Assembly (NCBI GenBank): GCA_016791345.1
Contig: JAEUMW010000126.1
Span: 1 to 39,814 of the forward strand
Reading direction: 5' to 3'
DNA from: Betaproteobacteria bacterium
GTDB taxonomy: Bacteria; Pseudomonadota; Gammaproteobacteria; Burkholderiales; JAEUMW01
Length of the DNA stretch: 39,814 nucleotides
Shown here: one piece after another, positions 17,613-27,586 of the stretch
Position numbering within the stretch: the first letter of the stretch is position 1
Layout of the letters: every line of letters begins with the position of its first letter
Made by a program: the position numbers and the translations under genes
Notes under the pieces: model-generated
The model's database searches: none
Told to the model about the DNA's origin: nothing
The model's input: only the letters and a program-made list of their open reading frames with translations

Positions 17613-19153
17613 GCCGCGACGCCTGGGATGCAGTCGTCGTGGGTTCCGGCATCGGCGGTCTAGCGTGCGCGGCCGCGCTCGCCAAGTACAAGCACCGCGT
17701 GCTCGTCCTCGAACAGAACCACGTCGCGGGGGGCCTCACGCACACCTTCACGCGCGGCGACTGGACCTGGGGCATCGGCGTTCAGAACCTCGGGGACATG
17801 GGGCAGGAGGACGAGAACGAAGGACTGCTGGAGTGGATTTCGGGCGGCACCATCCACATGGCCTCGATGGGGCCGGTATACGACATCATTCATTTCCCTG
17901 GCGGATTCGAGACGCAGCTGGCACGACCGGAGGAAGCGCTCAAGCGCGAACTGAAGGAGCGGTTTCCGACCTGCCTGGGGCAGATCGACAGCTGGTTCGA
18001 CGCGCTGCATGCCGGCCAGAGCGCGGGTCACGCGGTATTTGCGCTGCGTGCCATGCCGGAGCCGATGGCCACGTTCTATCGCCTGTGGCGCGCCGACACC
18101 ATCGACCGCTGGTGCAAGCGGACGACCCGCGAAGTATTGGAGGAACTCGTCACCGACCAGCGCCTGCGCTGTGTGCTCGCCGCGCAGTGGGGTGATTACG
18201 GCAGCAAGCCTTCCGCCAGTTGCTTCGGCATCCATTCGGTGGTCGTGAGCAACTTCTTCAACGGCGGCTACTACCCGGTCGGCGGTGCCGGCGTATTCGC
18301 GGAGAAGCTCACCCAGGTGATCGAGGCGGCGGGCGGCGAGGTCCAGGTCGACACGCGCGTGACCGGCCTGCTGCTGGAAGGCGACAGCGTGATCGGCGTC
18401 GAGACGGCGCCAGGCGGCGTGTACAAGTCGGAGCGCGTGGTGTCCGACATCGGCGCCCGCAACACCGTCGCGCAGCTGTTGCCGGAGCGCCTGCGGAGTG
18501 CGGAGTGGGCACGCGAGATTCTCGCGCTGCGCCCGACGGTCGCTCATGTAGGGCTCTACCTCGGGCTCGAAGGCGACATCGGTGCGATGGGCGCGAGCGC
18601 TTCCAACCACTGGTTCTACGAGACCTGGGATCTGGAGGACGCCTGCTGGTCCGCGCCGCGCGAGCAGTCGCTCGCGCCGGTGCTACGCGTTGCCTTTCCG
18701 TCGTTGAAGGATCCGAGCTACGACCCGGGTCCGCGCAAGCTGCACACCGTGGAAGCGTTTGCGTATACCGACTGGCAGATTTTCGAGCCCTGGCAGGATT
18801 CAGTCCCGGGCCACCGGCCGGCCGCCTATCTGAAGCTCAAGGCGCTCATCCAGAAACGGATGATCGCCCAGTTCAGCCGTTACTTCCCTGCACTCGGACC
18901 GCTCATTCGCTACAGCGAGGTGTCGACGCCGCTGTCGATGACGGCCACCACGAGCGCCTACCAGGGCGCCATGTTCGGTATCGAACCGACGCCGCAGCGT
19001 TTCCTCTGCAAGTGGCTGCACGCGAAGACGCCAGTGAGCGGCCTCTACCTCGCGGGACAGGACGTCGGCACACCCGGCGTGCAGGGTGCCATGATGGGCG
19101 GAATTCTGGCTGCGGCGGCGATCGAGCCCAAGCTCCTCTCGCGCCTGAGTTGA
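17609..19153 (+). CDS. NAD(P)/FAD-dependent oxidoreductase, phytoene desaturase (CrtI)/retinol saturase-like family
   Basis: N-terminal fold DAVVVGSGIGGLACAAALAKYKHRVLVLEQNHVAGG and C-terminal GLYLAGQDVGTPGVQGAMMGG. GTG start with GAGG 7-8 nt upstream. Confidence 0.8.
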   Translation: MSRDAWDAVVVGSGIGGLACAAALAKYKHRVLVLEQNHVAGGLTHTFTRGDWTWGIGVQNLGDMGQEDENEGLLEWISGGTIHMASMGPVYDIIHFPGGFETQLARPEEALKRELKERFPTCLGQIDSWFDALHAGQSAGHAVFALRAMPEPMATFYRLWRADTIDRWCKRTTREVLEELVTDQRLRCVLAAQWGDYGSKPSASCFGIHSVVVSNFFNGGYYPVGGAGVFAEKLTQVIEAAGGEVQVDTRVTGLLLEGDSVIGVETAPGGVYKSERVVSDIGARNTVAQLLPERLRSAEWAREILALRPTVAHVGLYLGLEGDIGAMGASASNHWFYETWDLEDACWSAPREQSLAPVLRVAFPSLKDPSYDPGPRKLHTVEAFAYTDWQIFEPWQDSVPGHRPAAYLKLKALIQKRMIAQFSRYFPALGPLIRYSEVSTPLSMTATTSAYQGAMFGIEPTPQRFLCKWLHAKTPVSGLYLAGQDVGTPGVQGAMMGGILAAAAIEPKLLSRLS

Positions 19154-19161
19154 TAGCCGGG

Positions 19162-20385
19162 TCAGTCGGAAAGGCGTTCGTCGAGATCGACGATCCAGTG
19201 TTTGACCGGCACACCGGCGATCGTCGCCAGATGCGTCTCGCATCCCATGTTGGCGGTGAGGATGAGCTCGGGGCGTTCCGCTTCCAGCGCCGCGACCTTG
19301 TTGCGCTTGAGTTGCTCTGACAGTTCCGGCTGCGTGATGGCATAGGTACCGGCCGAGCCGCAGCACAGGTGCGCGTCGGCGATCGGCGTGAGCTCGTAAC
19401 CGAAGCTGCGCAGCAGGTCTTCCGCGAGCCCGCGCAGCTTCTGCCAGTGCTGCAGGGTGCAGGGCGGATGAAAGGCGACCCGCGGCATCTTCTTGCCCTT
19501 GAGCAGAGACCTGATCAGTGCGCGCTCGCCGGCGATCACTTCGGTCAGATCCTGTGTCAGGGTGCTGATGCGCTCGGCCTTTTCGGCATAGGCGCGGTCG
19601 TGCTGCAGGTGGTGCCCGTATTCGCGCACGGTCGACCCGCAGCCCGTGGCGGTCATGGCGAATCCCTCCACGCCCTGTTCGACGTGCGGCCACCAGGTGT
19701 CGATGATGCGCCGCATGTCGCTCAACCCATCTTCCTGATAGTCGAGGTGGAAGCGCAGCGCGCCGCAGCAACCCTTGCTGTCGATCAGGGAAATGCCGAC
19801 GCGATCGAGCACGCGCGCGGCGGCGGCGTTAGTGTTCGGCGTCAGCACCGGCTGCGCACAGCCGGCCAGCGACACGAAACGCCGCTGGTGACGGGCCGGC
19901 GGCCATGCGCCGGCGCGCGGCAGTGAGGCCGGCAGCTTCGCCCGCAACACTTCCGGCAGGAAGGGGCGCAGCGCCATGCCGGCGCCGAGCGCAAGGCGGA
20001 AAGTGGCGGGCTGCCGGAAGAAGGTCGCCATCACCCAGCGCTGCAGCTTCTCCTGCGTCGGTCGCTCGACGCGCTCGGAAACCAGCTTGCGACCGATGTC
20101 CACCAGGTGGCCATAGCGCACTCCGGAGGGACAGGTCGTCTCGCAGGAATGGCAGGTCAGGCAGCGGTCGAGGTGGAGCTGGGTGCGCGCCGTCACCGGA
20201 GCGCCCTCCAGCATCTGCTTCATGAGATAGATGCGCCCGCGCGGCCCGTCGAGTTCGTCGCCCCGAATCTGATAGGTGGGACAGGTGGCCGTGCAGAAAC
20301 CACAGTGCACGCACGCACGCAGAATCGATTCGGCTTCGCGCCCGTCCGGCGTGTCCTTGATGAAGTCGGCGAGTCGGGTCTGCAT
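19162..20385 (-). CDS. glcF: Glycolate oxidase iron-sulfur subunit GlcF
   Basis: The real start MQTRLADF...ILRACVHCGFCTATCPTYQIRGDELDGPRGRIYLMKQMLEG is colinear with E. coli GlcF. A second cluster motif CLTCHSCETTCPSGV is present. The track ORF extends 88 codons too far upstream. Confidence 0.92.
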   Translation of the reverse strand: MQTRLADFIKDTPDGREAESILRACVHCGFCTATCPTYQIRGDELDGPRGRIYLMKQMLEGAPVTARTQLHLDRCLTCHSCETTCPSGVRYGHLVDIGRKLVSERVERPTQEKLQRWVMATFFRQPATFRLALGAGMALRPFLPEVLRAKLPASLPRAGAWPPARHQRRFVSLAGCAQPVLTPNTNAAAARVLDRVGISLIDSKGCCGALRFHLDYQEDGLSDMRRIIDTWWPHVEQGVEGFAMTATGCGSTVREYGHHLQHDRAYAEKAERISTLTQDLTEVIAGERALIRSLLKGKKMPRVAFHPPCTLQHWQKLRGLAEDLLRSFGYELTPIADAHLCCGSAGTYAITQPELSEQLKRNKVAALEAERPELILTANMGCETHLATIAGVPVKHWIVDLDERLSD

Positions 20386-20402
20386 GGGGCGGCGTGAGGT
20401 GT

Positions 20403-21491
20403 CTACATGAGGTTCGCGGGCACGTCGGTGAGGGGAAACATGCGCCCGGCATTGAGGATGCCGTGCGGGTCGAACGCGCGCTTGAGTCGCCGGTGCAGCG
20501 CGAGCAGCGGCGCGGGCAGCGGGTGAAATACCGGCGCGCTGCTGCCGCGCGCGCGAAACAGGGTCGCGTGGCCGTGGGCGTTGGCAGCGGCGGTGCGCAC
20601 GACTGCTGCCGGCAGGTCGGAAGCGAGCCAGCGCAGCGCGCCGCCCCATTCGATCAGCTGTTCACCCATCAGGTTCAGGGCGGGCGTGGTCGACTTGATC
20701 GAGAGCCGCCACAGCGGCGCTGCGCCGGTGAAGAAAGCGTGCGCCTGCTCGCGCAGTGCCGTCCAGAACGCCGCGCCGTCGGCAACTTCCTCGCCGCCCA
20801 GCTTGGCGCGGGCGGAGGCGATTGCGTCCGCTGCGCCCGACAGGCGCAGCGTGAGACAGCCCGCGTGGTAACAGGTGGCGGAGAGCGGCAGCGGCGTGCC
20901 GGCCCAGCGGTTCATCGCCTCGATCGCGCTCGGCTCGTCCATCTCGAAGCGCAGCGTGAGCTCCTCCGGCGGCAGCGGGAGCACCTTGAAGGACACCTCC
21001 AGCAGCAGACCGAGCGTGCCGAGCGATCCGGTGAGCAGGCGCGACAGGTCGAAACCCGCCACGTTCTTCATCACCTGCCCGCCGAAACTCAGCTCGGTGC
21101 CGCGACCATCGAGCATGCGCAGACCGAGCACGAAGTCGCGCACGGCGCCGGCATACGCGCGCCGCGGTCCGGAGAGTCCGGCGGCAACGCAGCCGCCGAT
21201 GGTCGCGTCGGGACCGAAGTGCGGTGGCTCGAACGCGAGCATCTGCCCGCGCTCGGCGAGGGTCGCTTCGATCTCCGTCAGTGGTGTGCCGGCGCGCGTG
21301 GTGATCACCAGCTCGGTCGGCTCGTACTGGATGACGCCGCGATAACCGGTCGCGTTGAGTTCGCTGCCGGCACAGGGCACTCCGTAGAATTCCTTGCTCC
21401 CGCTGCCCTTGATGTGCAGCGCGTCGCGCCGGTCCGACGCCTCGCGGATGGCCTGCGCCAAGCGGCCTTTCAGGTCATCCATGAGAGGCAC
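20403..21491 (-). CDS. glcE: Glycolate oxidase FAD-binding subunit GlcE
   Basis: ALHIKGSGSKEFYG...GVIQYEPTELVITTRAGTPL is a FAD_binding_4 domain, and the gene sits between glcD and glcF. The start is GTG 21491 or ATG 21482, and neither has an SD. Confidence 0.9.
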   Translation of the reverse strand: MPLMDDLKGRLAQAIREASDRRDALHIKGSGSKEFYGVPCAGSELNATGYRGVIQYEPTELVITTRAGTPLTEIEATLAERGQMLAFEPPHFGPDATIGGCVAAGLSGPRRAYAGAVRDFVLGLRMLDGRGTELSFGGQVMKNVAGFDLSRLLTGSLGTLGLLLEVSFKVLPLPPEELTLRFEMDEPSAIEAMNRWAGTPLPLSATCYHAGCLTLRLSGAADAIASARAKLGGEEVADGAAFWTALREQAHAFFTGAAPLWRLSIKSTTPALNLMGEQLIEWGGALRWLASDLPAAVVRTAAANAHGHATLFRARGSSAPVFHPLPAPLLALHRRLKRAFDPHGILNAGRMFPLTDVPANLM

Positions 21492-21557
21492 CGATGGCAG
21501 TCGAAAGCCTGCATCGGCGCCCGGGCGGACGCCTCTGCACGTCTCGAACTCTGCGCG

Positions 21558-22643
21558 TTACGCGTCCTTCTTCTTCGTTGCGTCGGCGACGACGTCCTTG
21601 GCTGCTCCCGTCGCCTTCTTCGTGGCGTCGACAGCGGCGTCGGCCAGGTGCTCGGCGCCCTTGATGGCACCGGTGACGGCGTTGGTGCCCGCGTCGACCG
21701 ACGTGCTCGCTGCCTCCGCCGCCGCCGTCGCCGCCGTCTTCGCGGCGTCGGACACCTTGGCGGCGGCCGACCCGGCAGACTTGAACGCATTGGTCCCCAT
21801 CTCGGAGGCCGCATGGGCCGCCTTGCTCGCGATCTCACCGATGGACTTGGCGGCCTCGGCGGAATGGACTGCCATGGTCTCGGCCGTCTTCACGATGCTC
21901 GATATCGCATTCGTGCTGGCATCGGTGGCCGTGGCCGTGGCTTTGGTCGCAGATTCTCCCGCCGCGCGGGCTGCCTCCCCCGTCAAGCCGGCCATCTTCT
22001 CCGCCATCTTGGTCGCTTCCTCGATGGCGGTGGTGCCGGCTTCGGCGATGGCACCGAAGGCCTTTTCCATGGCCCCGGTCACCCCCGCAAAAAGGCCGCC
22101 GATGCCGCCCAGTCCGAGCACGCCGGCAAGACTGCTGTCGATGCCGGCCTTGACGAAGTCGCGCTGGCTTTCGAGCAGCTTCGTGAGTCCGCTGGAGTCG
22201 AGCTTGCCCACGGCTACCTGATTCTTCAGGAAGCCGAAGAGGAGCGGGGCGCCCATCGCGAACATCTTTTCGATGGCGGCGGTGCCGAGCCCGCTCGCCT
22301 TCGCCGCCGTTTCCGCCACGTTGCTGAAGCGGTCACCGAACAGTCCCTTCACCATGTTCGAGCCGAGCGTCATGAGATTCTCGGCCGCCGGCCCGCCGCT
22401 GAACATCTTGGTCATGCTGCTGGCGATGTCGGTGCCGATGCTCGGGCTGTTGATGGCGTTGAGCAGGCTGGAGGCGCCGGCCGGGGTCGAACCCTGCTGC
22501 ACGACGGCACCGAGCAGAGACGGGAAGACGGTGCTCATGGCGGCCTTGGTCATCGTTTCCGACGCGTTGAGATAGCTGCTCGCGAGGCGCGAGAACTCGC
22601 TGCCGAAGGACGTCATCATCGATTCCAGGATGTTCGTGGCCAT
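21558..22643 (-). CDS. DUF937-like N-terminal domain protein with a C-terminal Ala-rich degenerate repeat region
   Basis: Strong SD (AAGGAGGAAAAGC-ATG). The N-terminal half resembles DUF937 (LLGAVVQQGS..., GLGGIGGLFAG). The C-terminal ~160 aa holds four degenerate 36-43-aa repeats, each beginning [GS]T[TN]A. Confidence 0.75.
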   Translation of the reverse strand: MATNILESMMTSFGSEFSRLASSYLNASETMTKAAMSTVFPSLLGAVVQQGSTPAGASSLLNAINSPSIGTDIASSMTKMFSGGPAAENLMTLGSNMVKGLFGDRFSNVAETAAKASGLGTAAIEKMFAMGAPLLFGFLKNQVAVGKLDSSGLTKLLESQRDFVKAGIDSSLAGVLGLGGIGGLFAGVTGAMEKAFGAIAEAGTTAIEEATKMAEKMAGLTGEAARAAGESATKATATATDASTNAISSIVKTAETMAVHSAEAAKSIGEIASKAAHAASEMGTNAFKSAGSAAAKVSDAAKTAATAAAEAASTSVDAGTNAVTGAIKGAEHLADAAVDATKKATGAAKDVVADATKKKDA

Positions 22644-22708
22644 GCTTTTCCTCCTTGCTGGGTATTGGAATGTTTGTGGTGGTTAGGGTTGCGCGGGCGA
22701 CCGTGGAA

Positions 22709-24193
22709 TCAGAACCGCGGCAGGTCGGGAAAGCGCTCCTGACCGGCCTTCACGTGCATGGCACCGAACTCGGCACAGCGGTGCAGGGTCGGTACGGCCT
22801 TGCCCGGGTTGAGCAGCGTGCGCGCGTCGAATGCATGCTTCACGGCGTGGAACGTCTCGAGCTCGGTCGCGCGAAATTGCAGGCACATCTGATCGATCTT
22901 CTCGACACCGACGCCGTGCTCGCCGGTGATGGTGCCGCCGGCGTCGATGCACAGCTCGAGGATGCGGGCGCCGAAATGCTCCGCAGTCTCGAGCTGACCC
23001 GGCAGGTTCGCGTCGAACATGATGAGCGGGTGAAGGTTGCCGTCGCCGGCGTGGAACACGTTGGCGCAGGCCAATCCGAATTCCTCCGACAGGTCGGCGA
23101 CACCCTTCAGCACCCGGCCCAGGTTCTTGCGCGGGATAGTGCCATCCATGCAGTAGTAGTCGGGCTTGATGCGTCCCACCGCCGGGAACGCCGCCTTGCG
23201 CCCCGACCAGAGCTTGAGGCGCTCGGCCTCGTCGCGCGAGACGCGAATGTCGGTGGCACCGCTTACGCGGAGCACATCGGCCACCTTCGCGATCTCCGCC
23301 TCGACCTCGGCCGCCGTGCCGTCCGCTTCACACAGCAATATCGCGGCGGCATCGAGGGGATACCCGGCGTGCACGAACTCCTCGACCGCGCGGGTGGCGA
23401 GCTGGTCCATCATCTCCAGACCTGCCGGCACGATGCCGGCCGCGATGAGGCTGGCGACGGCTTCACCGGCGCGGATCACGTCGTCGAACGCCGCCATGAC
23501 CACCGTCGCCTTCTCCGGCTTCGGCGTGAGCTTGACCGTGATCTCGGTGACCACGCCGAGCAGGCCTTCCGAGCCGGTCACCAGCGCGAGCAGGTCGTAA
23601 CCCGCTGCATCCAGCGCATCCGCGCCGATATCGAGAATATCGCCCTCGATCGTCGCCATGCGCAGCTTGAGGATGTTGTGCACCGTCAGCCCGTATTTGA
23701 GGCAGTGCACGCCGCCCGAGTTCTCGGCCACGTTGCCGCCGATGGTGCAGGCGATCTGGCTCGACGGGTCGGGCGCATAGTAGAGCCCGTGCTTGGCCAC
23801 GGCTTCGGAGATGGCGAGATTGCGCACGCCGGGCTGGACGCGGGCAGTACGCGCGAGCGGATCGATGTGGAGAATGCTCTTCAGGCGGGCAAGCGACAGC
23901 AGCACGCCCTCTTCGATGGGCAAGGCGCCACCGGACAGTCCGGTGCCGGCACCGCGGGCGACCACCGGCACGCCCGCCTCGAAGCAGATGCTCAGCACCT
24001 TCGCCACCTCCTGCTCGTCGCCCGGCAGCACGGCGATCATCGGCAGGCGGCGATACGCCGAGAGGCCGTCGCATTCGTACGGCCGCAGATCCTCCTGCTC
24101 CCACAGGACGGCGCTCGATGGCAGGAAGTTGCGGAACAGCCGGACCAGCCGATCCCTGTCGACGATGCGCGGGGGGGTGTCGTTCGCGCCCAT
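22709..24193 (-). CDS. glcD: Glycolate oxidase subunit GlcD (FAD-linked oxidase)
   Basis: The real start is MGANDTPP, with GGAGGAGG 7 nt upstream. YECDGLSAYRRLPMIAVLP...VVARGAGTGLSGGALP is colinear with E. coli GlcD. The track start at 24313 would add 40 atypical residues. Confidence 0.93.
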   Translation of the reverse strand: MGANDTPPRIVDRDRLVRLFRNFLPSSAVLWEQEDLRPYECDGLSAYRRLPMIAVLPGDEQEVAKVLSICFEAGVPVVARGAGTGLSGGALPIEEGVLLSLARLKSILHIDPLARTARVQPGVRNLAISEAVAKHGLYYAPDPSSQIACTIGGNVAENSGGVHCLKYGLTVHNILKLRMATIEGDILDIGADALDAAGYDLLALVTGSEGLLGVVTEITVKLTPKPEKATVVMAAFDDVIRAGEAVASLIAAGIVPAGLEMMDQLATRAVEEFVHAGYPLDAAAILLCEADGTAAEVEAEIAKVADVLRVSGATDIRVSRDEAERLKLWSGRKAAFPAVGRIKPDYYCMDGTIPRKNLGRVLKGVADLSEEFGLACANVFHAGDGNLHPLIMFDANLPGQLETAEHFGARILELCIDAGGTITGEHGVGVEKIDQMCLQFRATELETFHAVKHAFDARTLLNPGKAVPTLHRCAEFGAMHVKAGQERFPDLPRF

Positions 24194-24492
24194 TCTCAGT
24201 CCTCCTCCGCCAGATGTCGTGCCCGCGTCGACCGCGTGGCCGCGCCTGAAGCGCGCGATGCCCCGCCGGCCCACGTCGTCGCCGACGTCCTGGTATGCCT
24301 CCGTGAGATTCACAGCTTATAGTCTTGGCGGGCGTTTTGCGAGCGCCCGATGGCTGCGGCCGGTGCGCTCGATCTGCTGCCCTGGACACGCCGTGCCGGG
24401 TGCGCAGTCGAACATCCGGGCTAGAATAGGCGCCATCGTCCATGCGCCTTTCAAGGAACGGGCGCGTCTGCTCATCCACCGCGGAGGCCCCC

Positions 24493-25686
24493 ATGTCCCA
24501 GTCCGATGCAGCCGTTGCCGAGGCGACGGCGGAGCAACTCTTCCAGCCGATCAAGCTTGGTCCGTACACCCTGCCGCACCGGGTGGTGATGGCGCCACTC
24601 ACGCGCTCGCGCGCGCGCCAGCCGGGCAACGTTCCCTCTGCGCTCAATGCCTGCTACTACGCGCAACGGGCGTCTGCGGCATTGATCATCAGCGAGGCGA
24701 CGCAGGTGTCGATGCAGGGGCAGGGTTACGCCTGGACGCCGGGGATCCACAGCCGCGAGCAGATCTCCGGCTGGCGCATGGTGGCCGATGCGGTGCACGA
24801 GGCGGGTGGCCTCATGTTCATGCAGCTCTGGCATGTCGGCCGCATCTCGCACCCGGCGCTGCAGCCGGACGGCATGCTGCCGGTCGCGCCATCGGCGATC
24901 CGGCCCGCCGGCGATGCCTTCATCGAGGACGCCCGCGGCGAGGGCACGCTGGTGCCCTTCGTCACACCGCGCGCGCTGCAGATCGAGGAGATTCCCTACA
25001 TCGTCCGCCAGTACGCAGTCGGTGCGCGCCATGCACGCAGCGCCGGGCTCGACGGCGTCGAGATCCACGGTGCCAACGGTTATCTGCTCGACCAGTTCGT
25101 CAATTCCGGCACCAACCATCGCACCGACGCCTACGGCGGCTCGGTCGAGCATCGCGCACGGCTGCTGCTGGAGGTGGTCGAGGCGACGTGCGAGGTATGG
25201 GGTCCCGACCGCGTCGGCGTGCGTCTGTCGCCGCTCGGGACCTTCAACGACATGCACGACGACGACCCCGAGGCGACCTTCGGCTACATCGCGAGTCAGC
25301 TGAACGACTTCAGGCTCGCCTATCTGCACCTCGTCAACCCGGGTGCCGCGGCCATGGACCGCGGAGAGCAACCGGGTGCCGATGCCACGCGCATTCTCGC
25401 ACTGATGCGTGAGAAGTATCACGGCAACCTCATGATCGCGGGCGGCTTCGATCACGCGTCGGCAGCGGCCTGGCTGCAAGCCGGGCGCTGCGATCTCATC
25501 GCCTTCGGCCGCAAGTTCATCGCCAATCCCGATCTGCCGCAGCGATTGCGCATCGGCGCACCGCTCCAGGCGGACGATCCGTCCACTTACTACGGCGGCG
25601 GCGCCAAGGGATACACCGACTATCCGACGCTCGCGCAGGAACGCGGCGAGCAGCCCAAGCCCTGCGTCGACGAGCGCTGGCGGTAG
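24493..25686 (+). CDS. nemA: Old Yellow Enzyme family alkene/N-ethylmaleimide reductase (NemA-like)
   Basis: Starts MSQSD with GGAGG 5 nt upstream. Motifs: HRVVMAPLTRSRA, ISEATQVS, MQLWHVGR, GVEIHGANGYLLDQF, AFGRKFIANPDLP. Confidence 0.85.
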   Translation: MSQSDAAVAEATAEQLFQPIKLGPYTLPHRVVMAPLTRSRARQPGNVPSALNACYYAQRASAALIISEATQVSMQGQGYAWTPGIHSREQISGWRMVADAVHEAGGLMFMQLWHVGRISHPALQPDGMLPVAPSAIRPAGDAFIEDARGEGTLVPFVTPRALQIEEIPYIVRQYAVGARHARSAGLDGVEIHGANGYLLDQFVNSGTNHRTDAYGGSVEHRARLLLEVVEATCEVWGPDRVGVRLSPLGTFNDMHDDDPEATFGYIASQLNDFRLAYLHLVNPGAAAMDRGEQPGADATRILALMREKYHGNLMIAGGFDHASAAAWLQAGRCDLIAFGRKFIANPDLPQRLRIGAPLQADDPSTYYGGGAKGYTDYPTLAQERGEQPKPCVDERWR

Positions 25687-25716
25687 CTGGCCAGCGGTCG
25701 CGCGCGGCCATCGGGC

Positions 25717-27513
25717 ATGTCGATCGCGCCTTCTGCCGATCTTGCCGAGTATGGGCCGTGGAATCCCGGCATCGCGTCGGAGTTGCCGCCACGGCTCACG
25801 CCGCTCGCCACGATCTTCCGTCCGGAGAATGTCTACACGAGCCTCAACGCCCTGCGTGAGCTGCAGGACCTGACGGGCTTGCCGCGCGAGGAACTGGTCG
25901 TGTTCCGGCCGCAGCGGCTGGCGGTGCATGAGCTCCTGATTCGCGTGACGGCGGATCTCACGGTGCCGGACGGCTCTCGCGTCGAGGATCTCGGCATCAA
26001 CTTCCGCCGCATGACGCACACCATCCTTACCGGCTACCTCCAGCCGCACATGGCCACGATCGTCGCCGCCTACGAGGCGGCGGGACAGCGCATCTCGGAG
26101 GTCGTCACCGCCGAGCTGCGGCGTTTGTTGCAAAGTGCCGCTGCACCGGAAACGGCTCCGCGGTCCGGTGCGCTTGCCGCGTTGCTGCGCCGCTTGGGTG
26201 CAAGGCGGGAGGCGCCGCCGCGCGAGAGCGATGCCGAGCGCGAGGAGCGCGTGTTGCGCAACTGGGCCCATGCTGCGCGGTCGCGGGAGAGTTCCCTGGA
26301 GCGGGCGGCCTTTCGCGCACTCCATCGGGTCGTCTCGGTGGTCCGGGCGAAGCACGGCCGCGTCTGGGGCGATGCCGGCCTGCTGGCACCGATTGCCACC
26401 GGCATGGCCTGCAACGAGCACGGGGCCGAGGTGGTCGGCGACCTGATCGGGCCGCACGTGGCGCGTGCCGTCGCTGCGGAAGGGTATCGATGGCTGCCGA
26501 CCCAGGAGCGGCCGGTGGTGATGAACACCAAGGGTGCATCGGCTTCGGGGAAGAGCACCCTGCGACCGCTGCAGAAGCGGCTCGCCGCCGAGATCGACGT
26601 CGCGTGGAACGATTTCGCGCTGATCAGTCCGGACATCTGGCGCAAGTATCTGCTCGACTACGGCTCGCTCGGCGAGCACTTCCGCTACGCCGGGACGTTC
26701 ACCGGGCTCGAACTCGCGGTGGTGGACCAGAAGCTCGACCTTTACATGGCGCGCAAGGCCGAGCGGCGCACGATGTCGCATCTGCTGATCGACCGTTTCC
26801 GCTTCGACAGCTTTGCGGCAGATTCGGACGAGGCCGGCAGCAATCTGCTGACGCGGTTCGCGCGGCTCGCCTACCTGTTCTTCATGATCACGCCGCCGCA
26901 CGAGACCGTCGAGCGCTCGTGGAAACGCGGGCTCGAGGTCGGCCGCTTCAAGGCGGTGGACGACCTGCTTGCGCACAACGTCGAGGCGTATACCGGCATG
27001 CCGGAACTCTTCTTCACCTGGGCGTTGCGCACCGGCATGGCGGTGCACTACGAGTTCCTCGACAACGACGTCCCCTACGGCGAGCGCCCGCGCACGGTGG
27101 CCTTCGGCTGGAACGGCGACATGGTGATACTCGACGTGAAGCGTCTGCTCGATATCGATCGGTACCGGAAGATCGACGTCGATGCGAGGCAACCCGAGCA
27201 GGTCTATCCCGGGGCGGCCGCGATGGCTGCCGACTGCAACACGCAGTTCCTGCGCGATTGCGCGCGTCGACTCGCATCACTCACCTTCGCCGATCGCGAC
27301 AGCGGTCGCATCTATGCGCGCGCCGAAGCCGGGCGTCTGTCGTTTGTCGATCCCGAGGCCCTGGAGGTCGCGGCGCGCGATCCGCAAACGCGCGCCGGAC
27401 TGCTTGCCGTGTCGTCCGAAGCGTTTGCCGCCGAGCACCCTTTGGCGGGAGCGCCGGCGCTTCTGGATGCTGCCCGGTATCACACCCTCGGTTGCTGGGG
27501 GGACGGCTCGTGA
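25717..27513 (+). CDS. Uncharacterised 598-aa protein: unassignable N-terminal ~265 aa, a zeta-toxin/AAA_33-like P-loop kinase core, and a C-terminal extension
   Basis: Walker A GASASGKST (aa 273-281, nt 26533-26559), ISPDIWR (aa 303-309), a Walker-B-like LLIDRFRFD (aa 356-364), and ETVERSWKRGLEVGRFKAVDD (aa 396-416). The order and spacing match zeta/AAA_33 kinases. I recognised no family for aa 1-265 or 480-598. Confidence 0.6.
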   Translation: MSIAPSADLAEYGPWNPGIASELPPRLTPLATIFRPENVYTSLNALRELQDLTGLPREELVVFRPQRLAVHELLIRVTADLTVPDGSRVEDLGINFRRMTHTILTGYLQPHMATIVAAYEAAGQRISEVVTAELRRLLQSAAAPETAPRSGALAALLRRLGARREAPPRESDAEREERVLRNWAHAARSRESSLERAAFRALHRVVSVVRAKHGRVWGDAGLLAPIATGMACNEHGAEVVGDLIGPHVARAVAAEGYRWLPTQERPVVMNTKGASASGKSTLRPLQKRLAAEIDVAWNDFALISPDIWRKYLLDYGSLGEHFRYAGTFTGLELAVVDQKLDLYMARKAERRTMSHLLIDRFRFDSFAADSDEAGSNLLTRFARLAYLFFMITPPHETVERSWKRGLEVGRFKAVDDLLAHNVEAYTGMPELFFTWALRTGMAVHYEFLDNDVPYGERPRTVAFGWNGDMVILDVKRLLDIDRYRKIDVDARQPEQVYPGAAAMAADCNTQFLRDCARRLASLTFADRDSGRIYARAEAGRLSFVDPEALEVAARDPQTRAGLLAVSSEAFAAEHPLAGAPALLDAARYHTLGCWGDGS

Positions 27514-27586
27514 CGGGGCGATTTATCGCCGCCTGCGCGGCGTCCCATGCTGCCGGCGACCGCGTAACCCTGCACAGGGAGGCACG

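Noticed and set aside
20386-20649. N-terminal extensions of track ORFs: glcF to 20649, glcD to 24313, iorB to 11213, ybaY-like to 35340, mliC to 37252, nemA from 24442, the Mo-enzyme from 30828, the GGDEF-EAL gene from 28403, and the acyltransferase from 37867.
   Set aside because: Colinearity with the known family N-termini, the signal-peptide positions and the SD placement all support the internal starts given in the feature list.
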